Origin: Octopus vulgaris
Lineage: Eukaryota
Length of the DNA: 64,000 bases
Reading direction: 5' to 3'
Assembly (NCBI GenBank): GCA_951406725.2
Contig: OX597817.1
Coordinates: 22,320,001 to 22,384,000 of the forward strand
A program made the position numbers and the translations under genes. The notes under the pieces were generated by a model that worked only from the letters and a program-made list of their open reading frames with translations, had not been told where the DNA came from and searched no databases. Shown here piece by piece: positions 50,600 through 64,000 of the stretch. Each line of letters opens with the position of its first letter. Position 1 is the stretch's first letter.

Positions 50600-51600
50600 A
50601 CGTTATGAATAATTGCATATGATGTCAACATCTCTTTTCTTCTACTTTTTGTAACAATATATTCATGTGAAGTTGTGTCATATGAAATTTTCTTTGTGAT
50701 GGCATTTTGTACAGACAATATGGAGAAAGAACTTAAGCACTCTTCAATCATGATGAGATTTGTTTGTTATGAGATATCTTTGAAAAATTCCTTTCTGCCT
50801 CATAGATCATGTTAGGCATTGTTAAGTACAGCTTAAGTGCTGTCGTAATATTAAGGAACACTTCGATATAGGTGTTACCCACAAATAAGCTAAAGAATTT
50901 CTGTACTTTGCCTTTTCATTGGCGCTTTTTCTTTCTCTTTTTTTCTTTTTTTTTGCTTTTTGGGATGTCCCATGATGCAAATGTTCTCTGAATGGATAAC
51001 ACTTGTTTATAATTTGTGGTCAACGGCATCTTTCTAATATTAGTTTAATATTGCTCTCATCATTTTCGAAATTGCTTGGCAATTCTGAGAGGATCCTGAA
51101 CCTTTTTTTTTGCAATATGCTGATACAGGTCAGTTCCTTATGCAACAAGAATAGCAAGCAGTAACAGAGTTAATTTAGAACTTGTATCCTAAATTCCACA
51201 GTTCTGCTCAAAGAATCACTATCACTTGTTGCATCTGAAAATTCTTTGTGTAAGATTACATTTGAAAGCATTAGAATAACTTGCGGTGATATTTTCAAAC
51301 AAAAATTTTGCTTCAGATTCAAATTATGCCATTCTGTCCTTTGAATTTTCTTGGTGTTCTTTGAGAACAAAAGTAAAAATTATTGCGGAAGATAACCTTC
51401 AAATGCACCCTGGGTTTGGAATTTGTTACTTGTTTTGTTGAAATGCACCAACAATTCTTTCAAACGGGCTATGAAAACAGCTTATTCTAACTTAACCAAT
51501 ATATGATATGAATTTTTTGCTTTTGAGGTTTCTCTTCTGGGTCTTCAAAACTATATATACAAGTTCATAAAATAGCCATGTATTTTCTTCTAATGTTCTT
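50600..51600 (-). pseudogene. hAT transposase relic (C-terminal dimerisation domain)
   Basis: VFLNITTALKLYLTMP..EAERNFSKI..MIEECLSSFSILSVQN; the upstream extent is approximate. Confidence 0.65.
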
Positions 51601-52794
51601 ATCCACTTTATAGTGTGTGGCCAATTTAGTTACACTTAAGTCATTCAAAGAAAAACATAGAATGACCACTTTAACATCGATCTTTGTGGGGATTCAGACA
51701 ATATATTTAACAACTTCAGGTACTATAGGCACTAGCTTTTCTCCGAAAGGAAGGAGTAAATGAGTTCTCCCTATTCTTTGTATGCATTCATGTATGAGCA
51801 TTTACACATGAGTGTGTGTGTGTGTGTGTGTGTTTGTAGTTTAACATCCCTGCCTTCATAGACAGAAATGAAGGCTTTTGAAGAAATTCTGATACCAATA
51901 ATACCAATAAAAGAACCATTTGAAAGCTGTTTTTAAGTGAGAAACTCAAAACAGAGTCACAATTTGTATACACCTAATGATTTATAAGTATCTACTTACT
52001 GAGGTGGAAAAATTATCAGAAAAGCCCTTCTTATTTATTTCTTCCAAATACACACACACGCATACACACACACATACTGCTGTGTCAAGAGAGAGTTATT
52101 TTCTTTTAGTACCTTAGACATGCACACACAAGGAGACAGAGGTACACACAGACACACGTACACACACACAAAAACACACAACTACCAACACACAAACACA
52201 TGAATATGCTACATACTATGCACATACTAACGTACACACATACATACATATACATACACACACATATATACATGCATACACATACTTACATACATGCATG
52301 CATACTTACATACATACATACATGTGTATGCGCACACTCACTGACCCACACACATACGTACAAACAAACAAAAAGAGCACAGCTTGAATAATGGCCAGAG
52401 TCAACAACTATTGAAAAGGTTGCAAGACGCAACAAAAATTTTAGAAAAACAAATAAGTAAATGAGTAGAAATTTTACCGGTGAGTGTGTTGAATTATGAT
52501 GTACTAAAAAAGATTAACTCTCCCCAGTCACAGCAGAATATGCTTCAACACACGAACTCACATAAAGAATCTTGCAAACCAAATCCAGTATATATATATA
52601 TATATATATATATATCGTGCTAGCGCGGAAAACGGACGTTAAACAATGATGATGATGATGATGATATATAGTTGAAAAATATTGTTATAGGTTTAAATAT
52701 ACCATAAAAAACTGGAGGAGAAAAAGATGTTGAATCAGAACTAGATTTAATACAAAATATGATTCAATACATACATGCATTTCAAAGGACAATA

Positions 52795-53300
52795 CAGCAC
52801 TGGCATCGGCTATGTTTGGATGGTGCTTTTCACATGCCACTGGAACAGGAGCCAGTCAGGGCAGTGGGGCTCTCATCGACCACATTCAGATGAGGTTTTT
52901 ATGTGCCACAAGCATGGGCAGCCAGTCAGGCAGCACTGGCATTGACCCATGCATGAATGGTGCTTATTGTGTGCCACCAGCATGGGAGCCAGTCAGGCAG
53001 CACTGGCATCCAACACAACTACAATTTCCATTTTGATTTCGAATCGATGGTGATTCTGATTTTGATTTTTATTTGACTGAATAGTTCTCCTCAAGCAAGG
53101 CTTGTCACCTGAAGATTCGAAGGTACTTTTTATATGGGCTGGTTATGTAACACTGGTATAGGCTACAGCTGTGATCCCACTTTATTTGCTGGATCTTTTC
53201 AATCACAGCATATCTCTAGAAGTCTTGGTCTCTTGTCATTGCCTCTGTGAGGCACAATATTCGAAGGTCATGCTTCACCACCTCATTTCATGTTTTCCTG
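52795..53300 (-). mobile_element. RTE-type 3' region, diverged family C
   Basis: Repeated gtgccac..ggagccagtcagg..cactggc units. Confidence 0.6.
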
Positions 53301-54570
53301 GATCTACCTCTTCCATGGGTTTCTTCCACTGGTAGGGTGCTTCTTCAGCACTGACACATTTTGAAGACATTCTCGGCAAAAATTAAGCATGAAATAAGGA
53401 ATACACGATAGAATATGTATGCCGAAGAACTGATTGGTTGCTAAGCAGCTCAGGTAGCATATTTTTGTAAATGAAAACACATGGTGTGCTGGTAGACAAG
53501 CAATTTGGGAATATAAGGCCTTAGCATAGTGCACCGGCATTTTGGGTTCTGAAGGTTAAATAAGGCAACCAACATTTCATCATAGTTTGGCTATTTTACA
53601 AGCTTTCTTCAAAATATGTAATTGAAAAAATTTGTTTGTTCTTGCAAATGCTACTAGATTTAGTACACACACCATCTAATTTTTAATAAAAATAATTCCT
53701 TGAATTAACCCATTCTATACAAAATAAGTTTTGGTTGATAATTATTTCATTGAGAAATGATTAATTTAATGGGTCAGTTTATGCCATTATATTTCTTGGT
53801 TCATATTTTTGCTATCTCTTCTTGTTATAGCAGTAATTCTGTGTTGGTACCACGATCCTCATCTGTATCAAAATTTCAACGATGAATTAATAATTACTAT
53901 GGTTTGTGTGCAGTCACTGAGTTCATTCAAAATTTTTTATGTTTAATCTCATATATTGGCATTATGAGCAGGCCCAATGCCAGATTTTGAAGTTAGAAAG
54001 TGGACTTCGAACTTAGACATGTGGTACTATAATTCACAAGGATTTAAATTTCAGAATATATACACCTTCATTATTTTTTCAACTATTTCTTTGGCTTCAA
54101 ACAACTTTATTTTATAAGAATATTTTCAAATTATTAAGAATTGACAGAACTTATAAATGGAGAAAAAAATAAAAATTTAAGAAACATTTCAAAATTTGAA
54201 GCTGAAAACAAATATTTTAATTTGATTTAAATACAATAAATTTTACCTCAAACAAAATACAAGAATGCTTTAAAGAAAAGCAAATAATTAAACGTAATTA
54301 TTTATTTCAAAAAACATTCTTAAAGAAAACAAAGACTATTTAGTGAATTTTTTTTAGTAGACTTGATCTCTGCTGAAAAAAATGTCTGGCAATTATGTAA
54401 AATATAAAGAATTTCCTACCTTTCTTTGTATAAATGTCACAGCAAGAAGGAACTGTGTTTTGAGTGTACCAGTATATGTGGGATTCATGTATGTGAGAGT
54501 GTACTTAAACCAAACACATTAGTACAAGAGACAAATAAAGAAAAAAAATTAAGTACATGATACATAAATC

Positions 54571-54605
<35 letters not shown>

Positions 54606-54682
54606 TGATAATAATAATAATAATAATAATAATGATGATGATAATGATGATGATAATAATAATAATAATAATTATAATAATA

Positions 54683-54745
<63 letters not shown>

Positions 54746-54787
54746 GTAATAATAATAATAATATGATAATAATAATAGTAATAATAA

Positions 54788-55185
54788 CTGTTGTCATAGG
54801 TGCCCTGGAAATGAGACTAAAACAATACCTGTTGTCATAGGTGCCCTGGGAATGATAGCGAAAGGGACTGGTTGCTACCTAACTCAGATACCAGGAAACC
54901 CCAAAATGGCAGAAATTCAAAAGATAGTGCTCATGGGAACTGCTCATATCCTACGCAAAATACTCTCTATGTAATCCCAAGGTTTAAAACAAACTTTTTT
55001 TTTATTATTATTTTTTTATTTTTTTATTTTTTTAAATTTTTATGTATTAGACATTCACTAGTACAACACCACCAAAAAAAAACCCCTCAAATATATGGCA
55101 CAAAACTTCCAACCTGTTGTCTCTTGAGGTCTCTGGGTGAGACTTGGAGCCAACTTGTACAGACATAAAGCAAAAGTCAAACATA
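54788..55185 (+). mobile_element. R4/Dong-like 3' end (second family)
   Basis: PVVIGALGMIAKG..EIQKIVLMGTAHILRKILSM*; (TAA)n on both sides. Confidence 0.8.
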
Positions 55186-55187
55186 GA

Positions 55188-55237
<50 letters not shown>

Positions 55238-55242
<5 letters not shown>

Positions 55243-55635
55243 AGAAAAAAAATGCTTTCTAATTGATGTATCAGTACCGGCAGATGACAACGTGTCTCTA
55301 AAAGAAATGGAGAAACTCTCAAAATACAAAGACCTGGAAATAGAGGTAACTAGAATGTGGAATCTGAAAACAGAAACAATTCCTATCATAGTAGGTGCAT
55401 TAGGCATGATAAAAAAATATTCAGACAAATACATAACAAAAACACCAGGACTTACAAACACATATAACATACAGAAAATTGCACTACTAGGCACTGCACA
55501 CATCCTACGCAGAACACTTTCCATACAATAACCATCAGAGCATCACAACAAATCACAGCACATACCCAAGGCACACAGAGCTGCGCTCGGTAGTGAAGTG
55601 AAAGCACGCTATAAAAATAAAAATAAAACTACTGA
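55238..55635 (+). mobile_element. R4/Dong-like 3' end, same family as 19347-20993
   Basis: Near-identical to 20603-20993; intact EKLSKYKDLEIE..RRTLSIQ*. Confidence 0.9.
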
Positions 55636-55679
55636 ATAATAATAATAATAATGATAATATTATTAATTGCAAATTTTTG

Positions 55680-55870
55680 CCACAAGGGCAGCTTGGGGAA
55701 GGGGGTTAAGTCAATTACATTGACCCCTGTGTGTAACTGGTACTTATTTAATCGGCCCTGAAAGGATGACATGCAAAGTCAACCTTGGCGGAATTCAGAA
55801 CATAGCTGCAGATAAAATATTGCAAAGCATTTCACCTGGTGTGCTAACGATTCTGCCAGCCCACTGCCTT
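55680..55870 (-). mobile_element. SINE family B-related copy
   Basis: Diverged head and central domain. Confidence 0.75.
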
Positions 55871-55929
55871 AATAATGATGATAATAATAATAATAATCAT
55901 TCAACTACCAACATGGCTGAAAAAAGATA

Positions 55930-56100
55930 AGTGTAAGTGTGAAGGTAGAACACCTCCAAAAATCAGCATTGTTTGGAACGGCAAGAATTCTTTGCAGGGT
56001 TCTTGAAGCATGACCAGTGAATAAATATCACCTTAATCTTCTTGCTGTGGACAGCTGACACTTTCCATTATGCCCAGCAAAATAAGCAGTAAGTTTTCAT
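55930..56100 (+). mobile_element. R4/Dong-like extreme 3' end (third family)
   Basis: VEHLQKSALFGTARILCRVLEA*. Confidence 0.65.
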
Positions 56101-56109
56101 ATAACAATA

Positions 56110-56343
56110 TTATATTTCTTTACTGCCGACAAGGGGCTAAACATAGAGGGGAGAAACAAGGACAGACGTAGGGATTGAGTCGATTATATCGCCCCCAGTG
56201 CGAAACTGGCACTTTATTTATCGACCCCGAAATGATGAAAGGCAAAGTTGACCTTGGCGAAATTTGAACTCAGAACGTAACGACAAACGAAATGCCGCTA
56301 AGCATTTCACCCGGCGCGCTAACGTGTCTGCCAGCTCGCCGCC
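56110..56343 (-). mobile_element. SINE family B, full length
   Basis: 14-bp TSD ttcatataacaata. Confidence 0.9.
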
Positions 56344-56399
56344 TTCATATAACAATAATAACTATAGAAACAATATAACAATAGTAACTATAGAAAAGT

Positions 56400-57560
56400 A
56401 AATGGTCACAACTTCATTAAAGCCATAAATACATGCCTGTATTGAGACACTCTGCTCCCTTTCTGAAACGGATAAAGGTCAAGCTGCAGAACTTCAATAG
56501 AAGAACTAGAAAGCTGCACATGATGTACAACACACTCCACACTAACAGCAATACTGAATGGCTCAAACTACAAAAGAAAAAAAATGGAAGGTGGCAGAGG
56601 ATTACTAAATGCAGAAGACACTTCTCATACTGTGATACTGGGTTGGAAGAATTATGTTGAGCAGAGTAAAGAAGGAATATTATCAGCTGCCAAAGATAAC
56701 TAAAAAAAAAATGACCAAAACAGTAAGAGAATTCAAAGAGGCAAAAAGAAAAAAAAACAGATGGAAAGAAATGGAAACGATGGGTCAATTCCTGCAACAA
56801 ACTGAGAATGTTGGAAGTAAAGATTACTGGCTCTGGTTGATGGATGGGTACTACAAATGAAAGACATAAATGTTAATTATAGCTGCTCAGGAACAAGTCT
56901 TTAGAACAAAACTAATAAAAGTAAAGATCCACAAAACTCAGTCAGGCAGCAAATGTAAAATCTGTAAGAAAGGAGATGAAAGTAACAGTCACATTTGTAA
57001 TGAATACAGTATACTAGCACAAAAGGACTATAAGCATAGATATGACTGCATAATCAAAAGAGTGCATTGAGATGTTAGCCAAGTTTATGGCTTCAAAACA
57101 ACAAAAGAGTGATATGAATATAAACCAGAATCTGTGATACAAAATGAGAATTCAAAGATCTTTTGGGATTTCTCCATAAAGACTGGCCTTATTATTGAAA
57201 CCAGAAGAATGGATGAGATCATAGAGGACAATGTAAACAAATAGTGTAAGACCAGAGATTTTACAATTCCCTATGATAACAAATTCAATACTAAAGAAAT
57301 TGTAACAATTGAGAAATATCAGGATCTAGCCAGAGAACTGAGGAGGCTGTGGAAGACCAAGTCAACAATTATTCCTGTTGTAATTGGTGCCCTTGGCACA
57401 ACACCCAAAATAATTGTAAGAGACTGGAATTGAAACTCACATTGTTGACCTGCAGAGAAATACCATCCTTTATTAAGTAAGAATCTAAGAAAGCTTCTTG
57501 CAGTTTGAGGAATCTAGTTGTCACCAAACCTTAAGATAAAATATCTGACTAAATTAGCAT
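56400..57560 (+). pseudogene. R4/Dong-like element (fourth family), decayed
   Basis: WKEMETMGQF, LIIAAQEQ, CKICKKGDESNSHI, WDFSI, EKYQDLARELRRLW, IIPVVIGALGT. Confidence 0.8.
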
Positions 57561-57599
57561 GCACTAGTGTAACAGCAACAACAACAGCAATGATAATGT

Positions 57600-59000
57600 A
57601 ACAGATGTAACCATGGCCATAGAGAAAATGAGCTTAAGCTCAGTAACTGGACTCAATAGCTTCCCAGCTGTTCTTCTGATGTCATAATAAACAGACTTTA
57701 GGGAAACCACTTCAGATACGTTTCCAGTGTTTCCTTGCAAGTGGTAAACTTCCTGAAAAGCTAAAAGAAGGCATATCATACTCTCTCTCTTTACTCTTTT
57801 ACTTGTTTCAGTCATTTGACTGTGGCCATGCTGGAGCACCGCCTTTAGTCGAGCAAATCGACCCTGGGACTTATTCTTTGTAAGCCAGTACTTATTCTAT
57901 CGGTCTCTTTTTGCCGAACCGCTAAGCGACGGGGACGTAAACACACCAGCATCGGTCGTCAAGCAATGCTAGGGGGACAAACACAGACACACAAACACAC
58001 ACACACATACATATATATATACATATATACGACGGGCTTCTTACAGTTTCCGTCTACCAAATCCACTCACAAGGCATTGGTCGGCCCAGGGCTATAGCAG
58101 AAGACTCTTGCCCAAGATGCCACGCAGTGGGACTGAACCCGGAACCATGTGGTTGGTTAGCAAGCTACTTACCACACAGCCACTCCTGCGCCTATTATAG
58201 GGAATAAAGAACTAAGAAGTTGTTGTAAGATTACAGTTGGACCTACATGCAATATACAAGTGGGCTGAAGAAAGCAAAATGCAAGTTAAAGCTGGAAAAT
58301 TTCAGTCACAAATGCACTAAAGCCTGCTTTTACAGGATCCAAAGGCTCTGCAATGCCAGGATCACAGACAGTGAGACTCCTTAGGATCATTATGTGCACT
58401 GATGCATCATTTCATATACACATTACCAGGCTAGCAACAAAGGGCAGACAACTTGTAGGATAGATACTCAAGCCCTTCAATACAAAAGAGACCAAGAAGA
58501 CATGTTCACTCTGTGGAGGAACATTGTTCTCAACTGGCTGGACTGCTGCTCTCAGCTGTGGTCACCAAATGGCTTGAAACTAACAGCAGAGCTTAAGAGG
58601 TCCAACTTCACTACATTAAAAAAGTGCAGCAGATGAACTACAGGGAGAGTTTGAAAAATCTGTGACTTTACTCCATTAGATATGTAATAATCTATATGTG
58701 GAAAATTCTGGAAAAGGTTATCACCTAATTTTTGCACCTAGTTATATACAAATCCCCAAACTGGATCCTATTGCATTGCACCAGAGGTGCCATCCACCTT
58801 ATCTAAAGTTAGGACCAGTGACTGCAAAAGCTTAGGGTTCAAAATCCCATAACTCTTCGATTCTTTGCCAAAGGAATGTTAAGAATATCTCCACTATGTG
58901 GAGTTAGATGTCCTCAAAAAGGAACTGGACATTCACCAATCCTTGATACTGGGTGAAGCAATGGCTCAGCATGAGGCACAGACGTGGGCAACAGTGTGGA
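57600..59000 (+). pseudogene. CR1/L2-like LINE relic, interrupted by a SINE
   Basis: SGKLPEKLKEG; LQLDLHAIYKWAEESKM; LDCCSQLWSP. Confidence 0.7.
57782..58193 (-). mobile_element. SINE family A, full length
   Basis: Complete, low divergence. Confidence 0.92.
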
Positions 59001-59009
59001 ACTCCATAT

Positions 59010-59089
<80 letters not shown>

Positions 59090-59528
59090 ATGACAGAGAA
59101 ATGATCTAGTGCAGAGAAATTATCCAGTTCATATCCCTAAATACACCTTTCTGAAACTTGATGCTATAGCCCCTGCCCTCTCTCCATCACATCTTCACCA
59201 TCTTCTTTCTCTCTTTTCTCCATCTCTCAGATAGCCATATTTTCTCCCTCTCTCAGATAGCCATGTTCCTTTTCTAATGCAAGACACCTTTTTTTATGCG
59301 CCACAATAATTCCCTCCATTTGAGGGACCTTTGTGACCTCACTGCTTCTGATGCCAAATAAAAAGAACACACACTGACCTTCTGTAAAGTAGCAGGCTTT
59401 AAGAAGGGCATCCAGCTATAGAAACCATGCAGAAACAGACAATAGAGATTAGTGTTGTCTTGTTAGTTCCTGTCAAACCATCTCACCCATGTCAGTATGG
59501 AAAATAGATGTAAGATGGTATTGATTGA

Positions 59529-59762
59529 CAAGGCGGTGAGCTGGCAGAATCGTTAGCACGCCGGGCGAAATACTTAGTGGTATTTCGTCTGCCGTTACGT
59601 TCTGGGTTCAAATTCTGCCAAGGTCGACTTTGCCTTTCATCCTTTTGGGGTCGATTAAATAAGTACTAGTTACACACTGGGGTCGATATAATTGAATTAG
59701 TCCGTTTGTCTGTCCTTGTTTATCCTCTCTGTGTTTAGCCCCTTGTGGGTAGTAAAGAAATA
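59529..59762 (+). mobile_element. SINE family B, full length
   Basis: TSD ggtattgattga (59517-59528 / 59763-59774). Confidence 0.9.
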
Positions 59763-60104
59763 GGTATTGATTGATAACAATATATAGAAATAAAAAGCAA
59801 ATATTTTGAGAACTTTATCATGAATAAATAAAAAAAAATATTTACATTCTTATCATAACCTGCTACTTGTTTCAATTATTTTAAGTCAATTTAATCATCC
59901 TGTCAGAAAAGGGAAAAGAAATTGAAATAAATTAAATACACATTTCCTGGTTTCAGTTTTGGAAGTTTGCATATTTTTCTTACAAACTTCACATGATGCT
60001 GGTCATTGGTGCTTTCTGATGGCAAATGGGTTCTGATAATAGTAGTAAAAATAGTAGTAGTATATTAGTTACTAGTAATATTATAAAATTTCGTGTAAGT
60101 CAGC

Positions 60105-60315
60105 AAGATGGCAAAATTGTTACTGTGCCAGGCAAAATGCTTAGCAGTACTTTGTCGGTCTTTTCATTCTGAGTTCAAATTCTGCCCAGGTCAACTTTGC
60201 CTTTCATCCTCCCGGAGTCAATAGAAAAAGTACCAGTTGAGCACTGGGGTTGATGCAATTGACTTGCCCCATCCCCTCAAATCACTGGCCTAGTGCTAAA
60301 ATTTGAAATCAATAT
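60105..60315 (+). mobile_element. Old SINE family B-related copy
   Basis: ctgagttcaaattctgcc..gcctttcatcct..agtaccagttgagcactggggt. Confidence 0.75.
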
Positions 60316-60344
60316 TACAAAATCTGGAGTAGAAACTGAATATT

Positions 60345-60750
60345 CTTTTCTCTCTTTTACTTGTTTCAGTCATTTGACTGCGACCATGCTGGAGCACCAC
60401 CTTTAGTCGATCGAGCAAATCGACCCCAGGACTTATTCTTTGTAAGCCTAGTACTTATTCTATTGTTCTCTATTGCCGAACTGCCTGCTAAGTTACGGGG
60501 ATGTAAACGCATCAGCATCAGTTGTCAAGCAATGCTGTGGGGGGACAAACACAGACACACAAACATATACACACACATACATATATACATATATATGATG
60601 GGCTTCTTTCAGTTTCCGCCTATCAAATCCACTCACAAGGCTTTGGTTGGCCTGAGGCTATAGTAGAAGACACTTGCCCAAGGTGCTACGCAGTGGTACT
60701 GAACCCAGAACTATGTGGTTGGCAAGCAAGCTACTTACCACACAGCCACT
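60345..60750 (-). mobile_element. SINE family A
   Basis: Aligns to other copies. Confidence 0.88.
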
Positions 60751-60762
60751 GTATATATGAAT

Positions 60763-60978
60763 ATCATCATCATCATCATCATCATCGTTTAACGTCTGTT
60801 CTCCATGCTAGCATGGGTTGGACGGTTCAACCTGGGATCTGGGAAGCCAGAAGGCTGCACCAGGCTCCAGTCTTATCTGGCAATGTTTCTACAGCTGGAT
60901 GCCCTTCCTAACGCCAGCCACTCCGTGAGTGTAGTGGGTGCTTTTTACGTTCCACCTGCACAGGTGCCAGACGAGGCT
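60763..60978 (-). mobile_element. RTE-type 3' UTR element (family C)
   Basis: Family C sequence with (GAT)n tail. Confidence 0.8.
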
Positions 60979-61728
60979 TATATTTAAAGATTATGAAGTG
61001 GAATTCCTATATAAACCAGCTGAATATTTCAAACGTTTATACCAGTGTGTATACTGCAAATGAATTGTGGAATATTTTATTGCTGTAAGAGGAAATCTAT
61101 GACTACCAAATACTTTTAAATCAGGTGTAATATTTTTGGGCTGCACTATTCTTGTTCACAGTATCTTTCTATGTTATATCATCATCAATACTTCAGTAGT
61201 TGTAGCACCTGTTTTGTGCAACAGGTAGGAGACTATTGATGCGAAGCTTTTGATTCGGGGGAAACAAATTTTTCCATGTTTTCTTCTTAAATAAGAACAA
61301 TTCTTTTGACTTAGGACAGTTCTTAAATCAAAGATGAAGGAAAGCAAAAATTCAAAGTGGATTCTATATTAGTGAAATATAACTGTAGAGTTTTATTTTA
61401 CAGATTAAATTTTTTAGCAAAGAAATTCTGCTTTTGCAAATGCAAGTATGTGTGTGAGTCTCTGTGAGTGTCAGTGTGGTTATTTCTGTATGTGCATGTT
61501 TATGTACATGTATACAAAAGAATGTACACACACACACACACACATGCGTGCACACACACACACGCACATACATATTATTTGAGTGTATATATTATATATA
61601 TATCTATACATGTGTGCATATCTTTTTACATACAGATGTATTTTTTTTATATATGCAAGTGAATATATATGTATTCATATATGAGAATACATATACATAT
61701 ATATACCTGTGTGTGAGTGTGCACGTGC

Positions 61729-61766
<38 letters not shown>

Positions 61767-61821
61767 GTATATGTATTTATATATGTGTACATATATGTAT
61801 ATCTGTATATATATATATAAA

Positions 61822-61859
<38 letters not shown>

Positions 61860-62504
61860 CAAACACACAAACACATTTATACACACACATATATATGTAG
61901 AGAGGCATATAATCTTAAAAGAATCATGATGTTTCTTGAAGGTCATTTTTCATAACAAAGATTGATTAAAATGAACTACAATTTGATAGATTTTATCAAC
62001 ATATTTCTTTGGATGTTTTAATATGGTTTTGGAGCCTGTCTCAACACTCACACTTTACTTTCCTTAAAACAAGACAGCTGCAGAATTGTGTAGATTTTAC
62101 ACCATATAGATTATCCATGGTGTTGAAGGTCAACGCTTGAAATATAACAAATGCTCGGTGATAAAAGAAAATGAAAATTTCTCTAACCGAAGTATCTCTA
62201 GCTTGTATTGATGTTTAGAAAATTGAGTTGGTTGATTAGATTCAGAAATATGATGTAAATATGTGTTATCTTCAGTTTTTCAACTACAAATACACATATT
62301 AAGGGAATCTATCTAAAATATATTTACATAGAGGAGGCAATACAGATAGCCATTGAAATGCATGTTCGTGTATCGGGAATGCTTCATATACAGGAGTTAA
62401 TACACACATGCATGCTTGTATATACATACATGTATAATGGCACACAGGCACACAAACATATATAGATATATACATAAATATATAAGTTTATACTATACAT
62501 ATGC

Positions 62505-62724
<220 letters not shown>

Positions 62725-63179
62725 TTGTGTGTGTATGTATATATCTACACATATTTTGTACAAATGTACCTACTCTCACACATATCTATTCATATACCTA
62801 AAGACACACATATGTGATCATGCATGTATGTACACACCCACACACCCCCACACACACATACATACAAACACATATATATGCATATACATACACACATATA
62901 TACATGCACTCATATTTGCACAGGTGCATCCGCATATATGATGATGGCGATTGATTTTAATGATGATGTTGACAGTGAATATAGTTTGATAATATCGTAA
63001 AGAGAACAAGAGTAAATTTTCAGTTAATGTGTTATAATAATGAATGTTAAATAAGGAGAAAGATATTTATGTATGTTATGTTGTACAATGTTTACATATA
63101 TGCACACATACACATGCATACATGCACATGCCCATACATACATATCTACATACCTATCTACATACATACATATATTGAT

Positions 63180-63255
63180 GCATACATACATACATACATA
63201 GACATACATACATACTTACATACATGCATACATACATACTTACATACATGCATAC

Positions 63256-63286
<31 letters not shown>

Positions 63287-63341
63287 CATTCATACATACA
63301 TACACACATACATACATACATAGACATACATACATACATAC

Positions 63342-63372
<31 letters not shown>

Positions 63373-63610
63373 CATACATACATACATACATACATACATA
63401 CATACATACATACATACATACATACACATACATACATACATACATACATACATACATACATACATACATACATACATACATACATACATACATACATACT
63501 TACATACATACATACATACATACATACTTACATACATACATACATACATAGACATACATACATACATACATACATACATACATACATACATACATACATA
63601 CATACATGCA
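63180..63610. repeat. Long (CATA)n microsatellite
   Basis: Directly visible. Confidence 0.95.
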
Positions 63611-63907
63611 TACACACATAGACATGCATGCACGTGCTTATGTGTGTAGGTAACCTTTCATTTATGTTGTAATGCATATATGTACCAAACCCATTTTTCA
63701 ACAGAACAGAAAACTGTTTCAATACAAATGAAGCAGCTATGATAATGCAGATATAAATGTGCATGAAGCTGTAAATGCTGCAAAAATTGGTAAATGTTTC
63801 AGATATAGTCACTCGCCCATGCAGAGAATGAAGAGGCATGGAAACGCTGCTATAAGAAATTTCTGAGTGTGAGGAATAGATGAAGGAGAGAGAAGGATTG
63901 TATCAAC

Positions 63908-64000
63908 TATCGGGTTGTTCGGAAAGTTCGTACCGATTTTTAAAGGAAACAAAAAGGTCAATAAATACTTGCCATTACATTTTTAATCAACCAAATATGA
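63908..64000. mobile_element. Probable mariner-like terminal inverted repeat, running off the window
   Basis: TA followed by tcgggttgttcggaaagttcgtaccgattttt. Confidence 0.45.

Noticed and set aside
53340-54500. Possible piggyBac relic (ctgaagg-TTAA end, Cys-rich stretch)
   Set aside because: No matching second TTAA end and no clear transposase motifs.

Overview
Eukaryotic, AT-rich, microsatellite-saturated DNA. The SINE and RTE-tail repertoire looks like an Octopus-type cephalopod genome; this is recognition, not a database result. I find no credible host exon: nearly all listed ORFs are microsatellite artefacts, and the rest are transposon relics. These include CR1-like, RTE, R4/Dong-like, Penelope-like, Gypsy, Helitron, Tc1/mariner, hAT and piggyBac-type MITE sequences, plus more than 20 tRNA-derived SINE copies. 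The most notable signal is a set of at least six unrelated short elements carrying minimal type-I hammerhead-ribozyme (HHR) motifs of the Penelope-like-element (PLE) kind. They include a G3-C8 swapped-core variant and an expanded stem-II variant, and most sit in fold-back (inverted) insertions inside microsatellites. One is a complete, TSD-flanked tRNA-headed SINE with a (TAA)n spacer and an HHR tail (40308-40579). A second copy of that tail appears to have carried a 1.6-kb R4/Dong LINE fragment as one TSD-flanked insertion with an inverted 5' tail (19309-21239). Together these suggest a PLE-mobilised, ribozyme-tagged SINE system.
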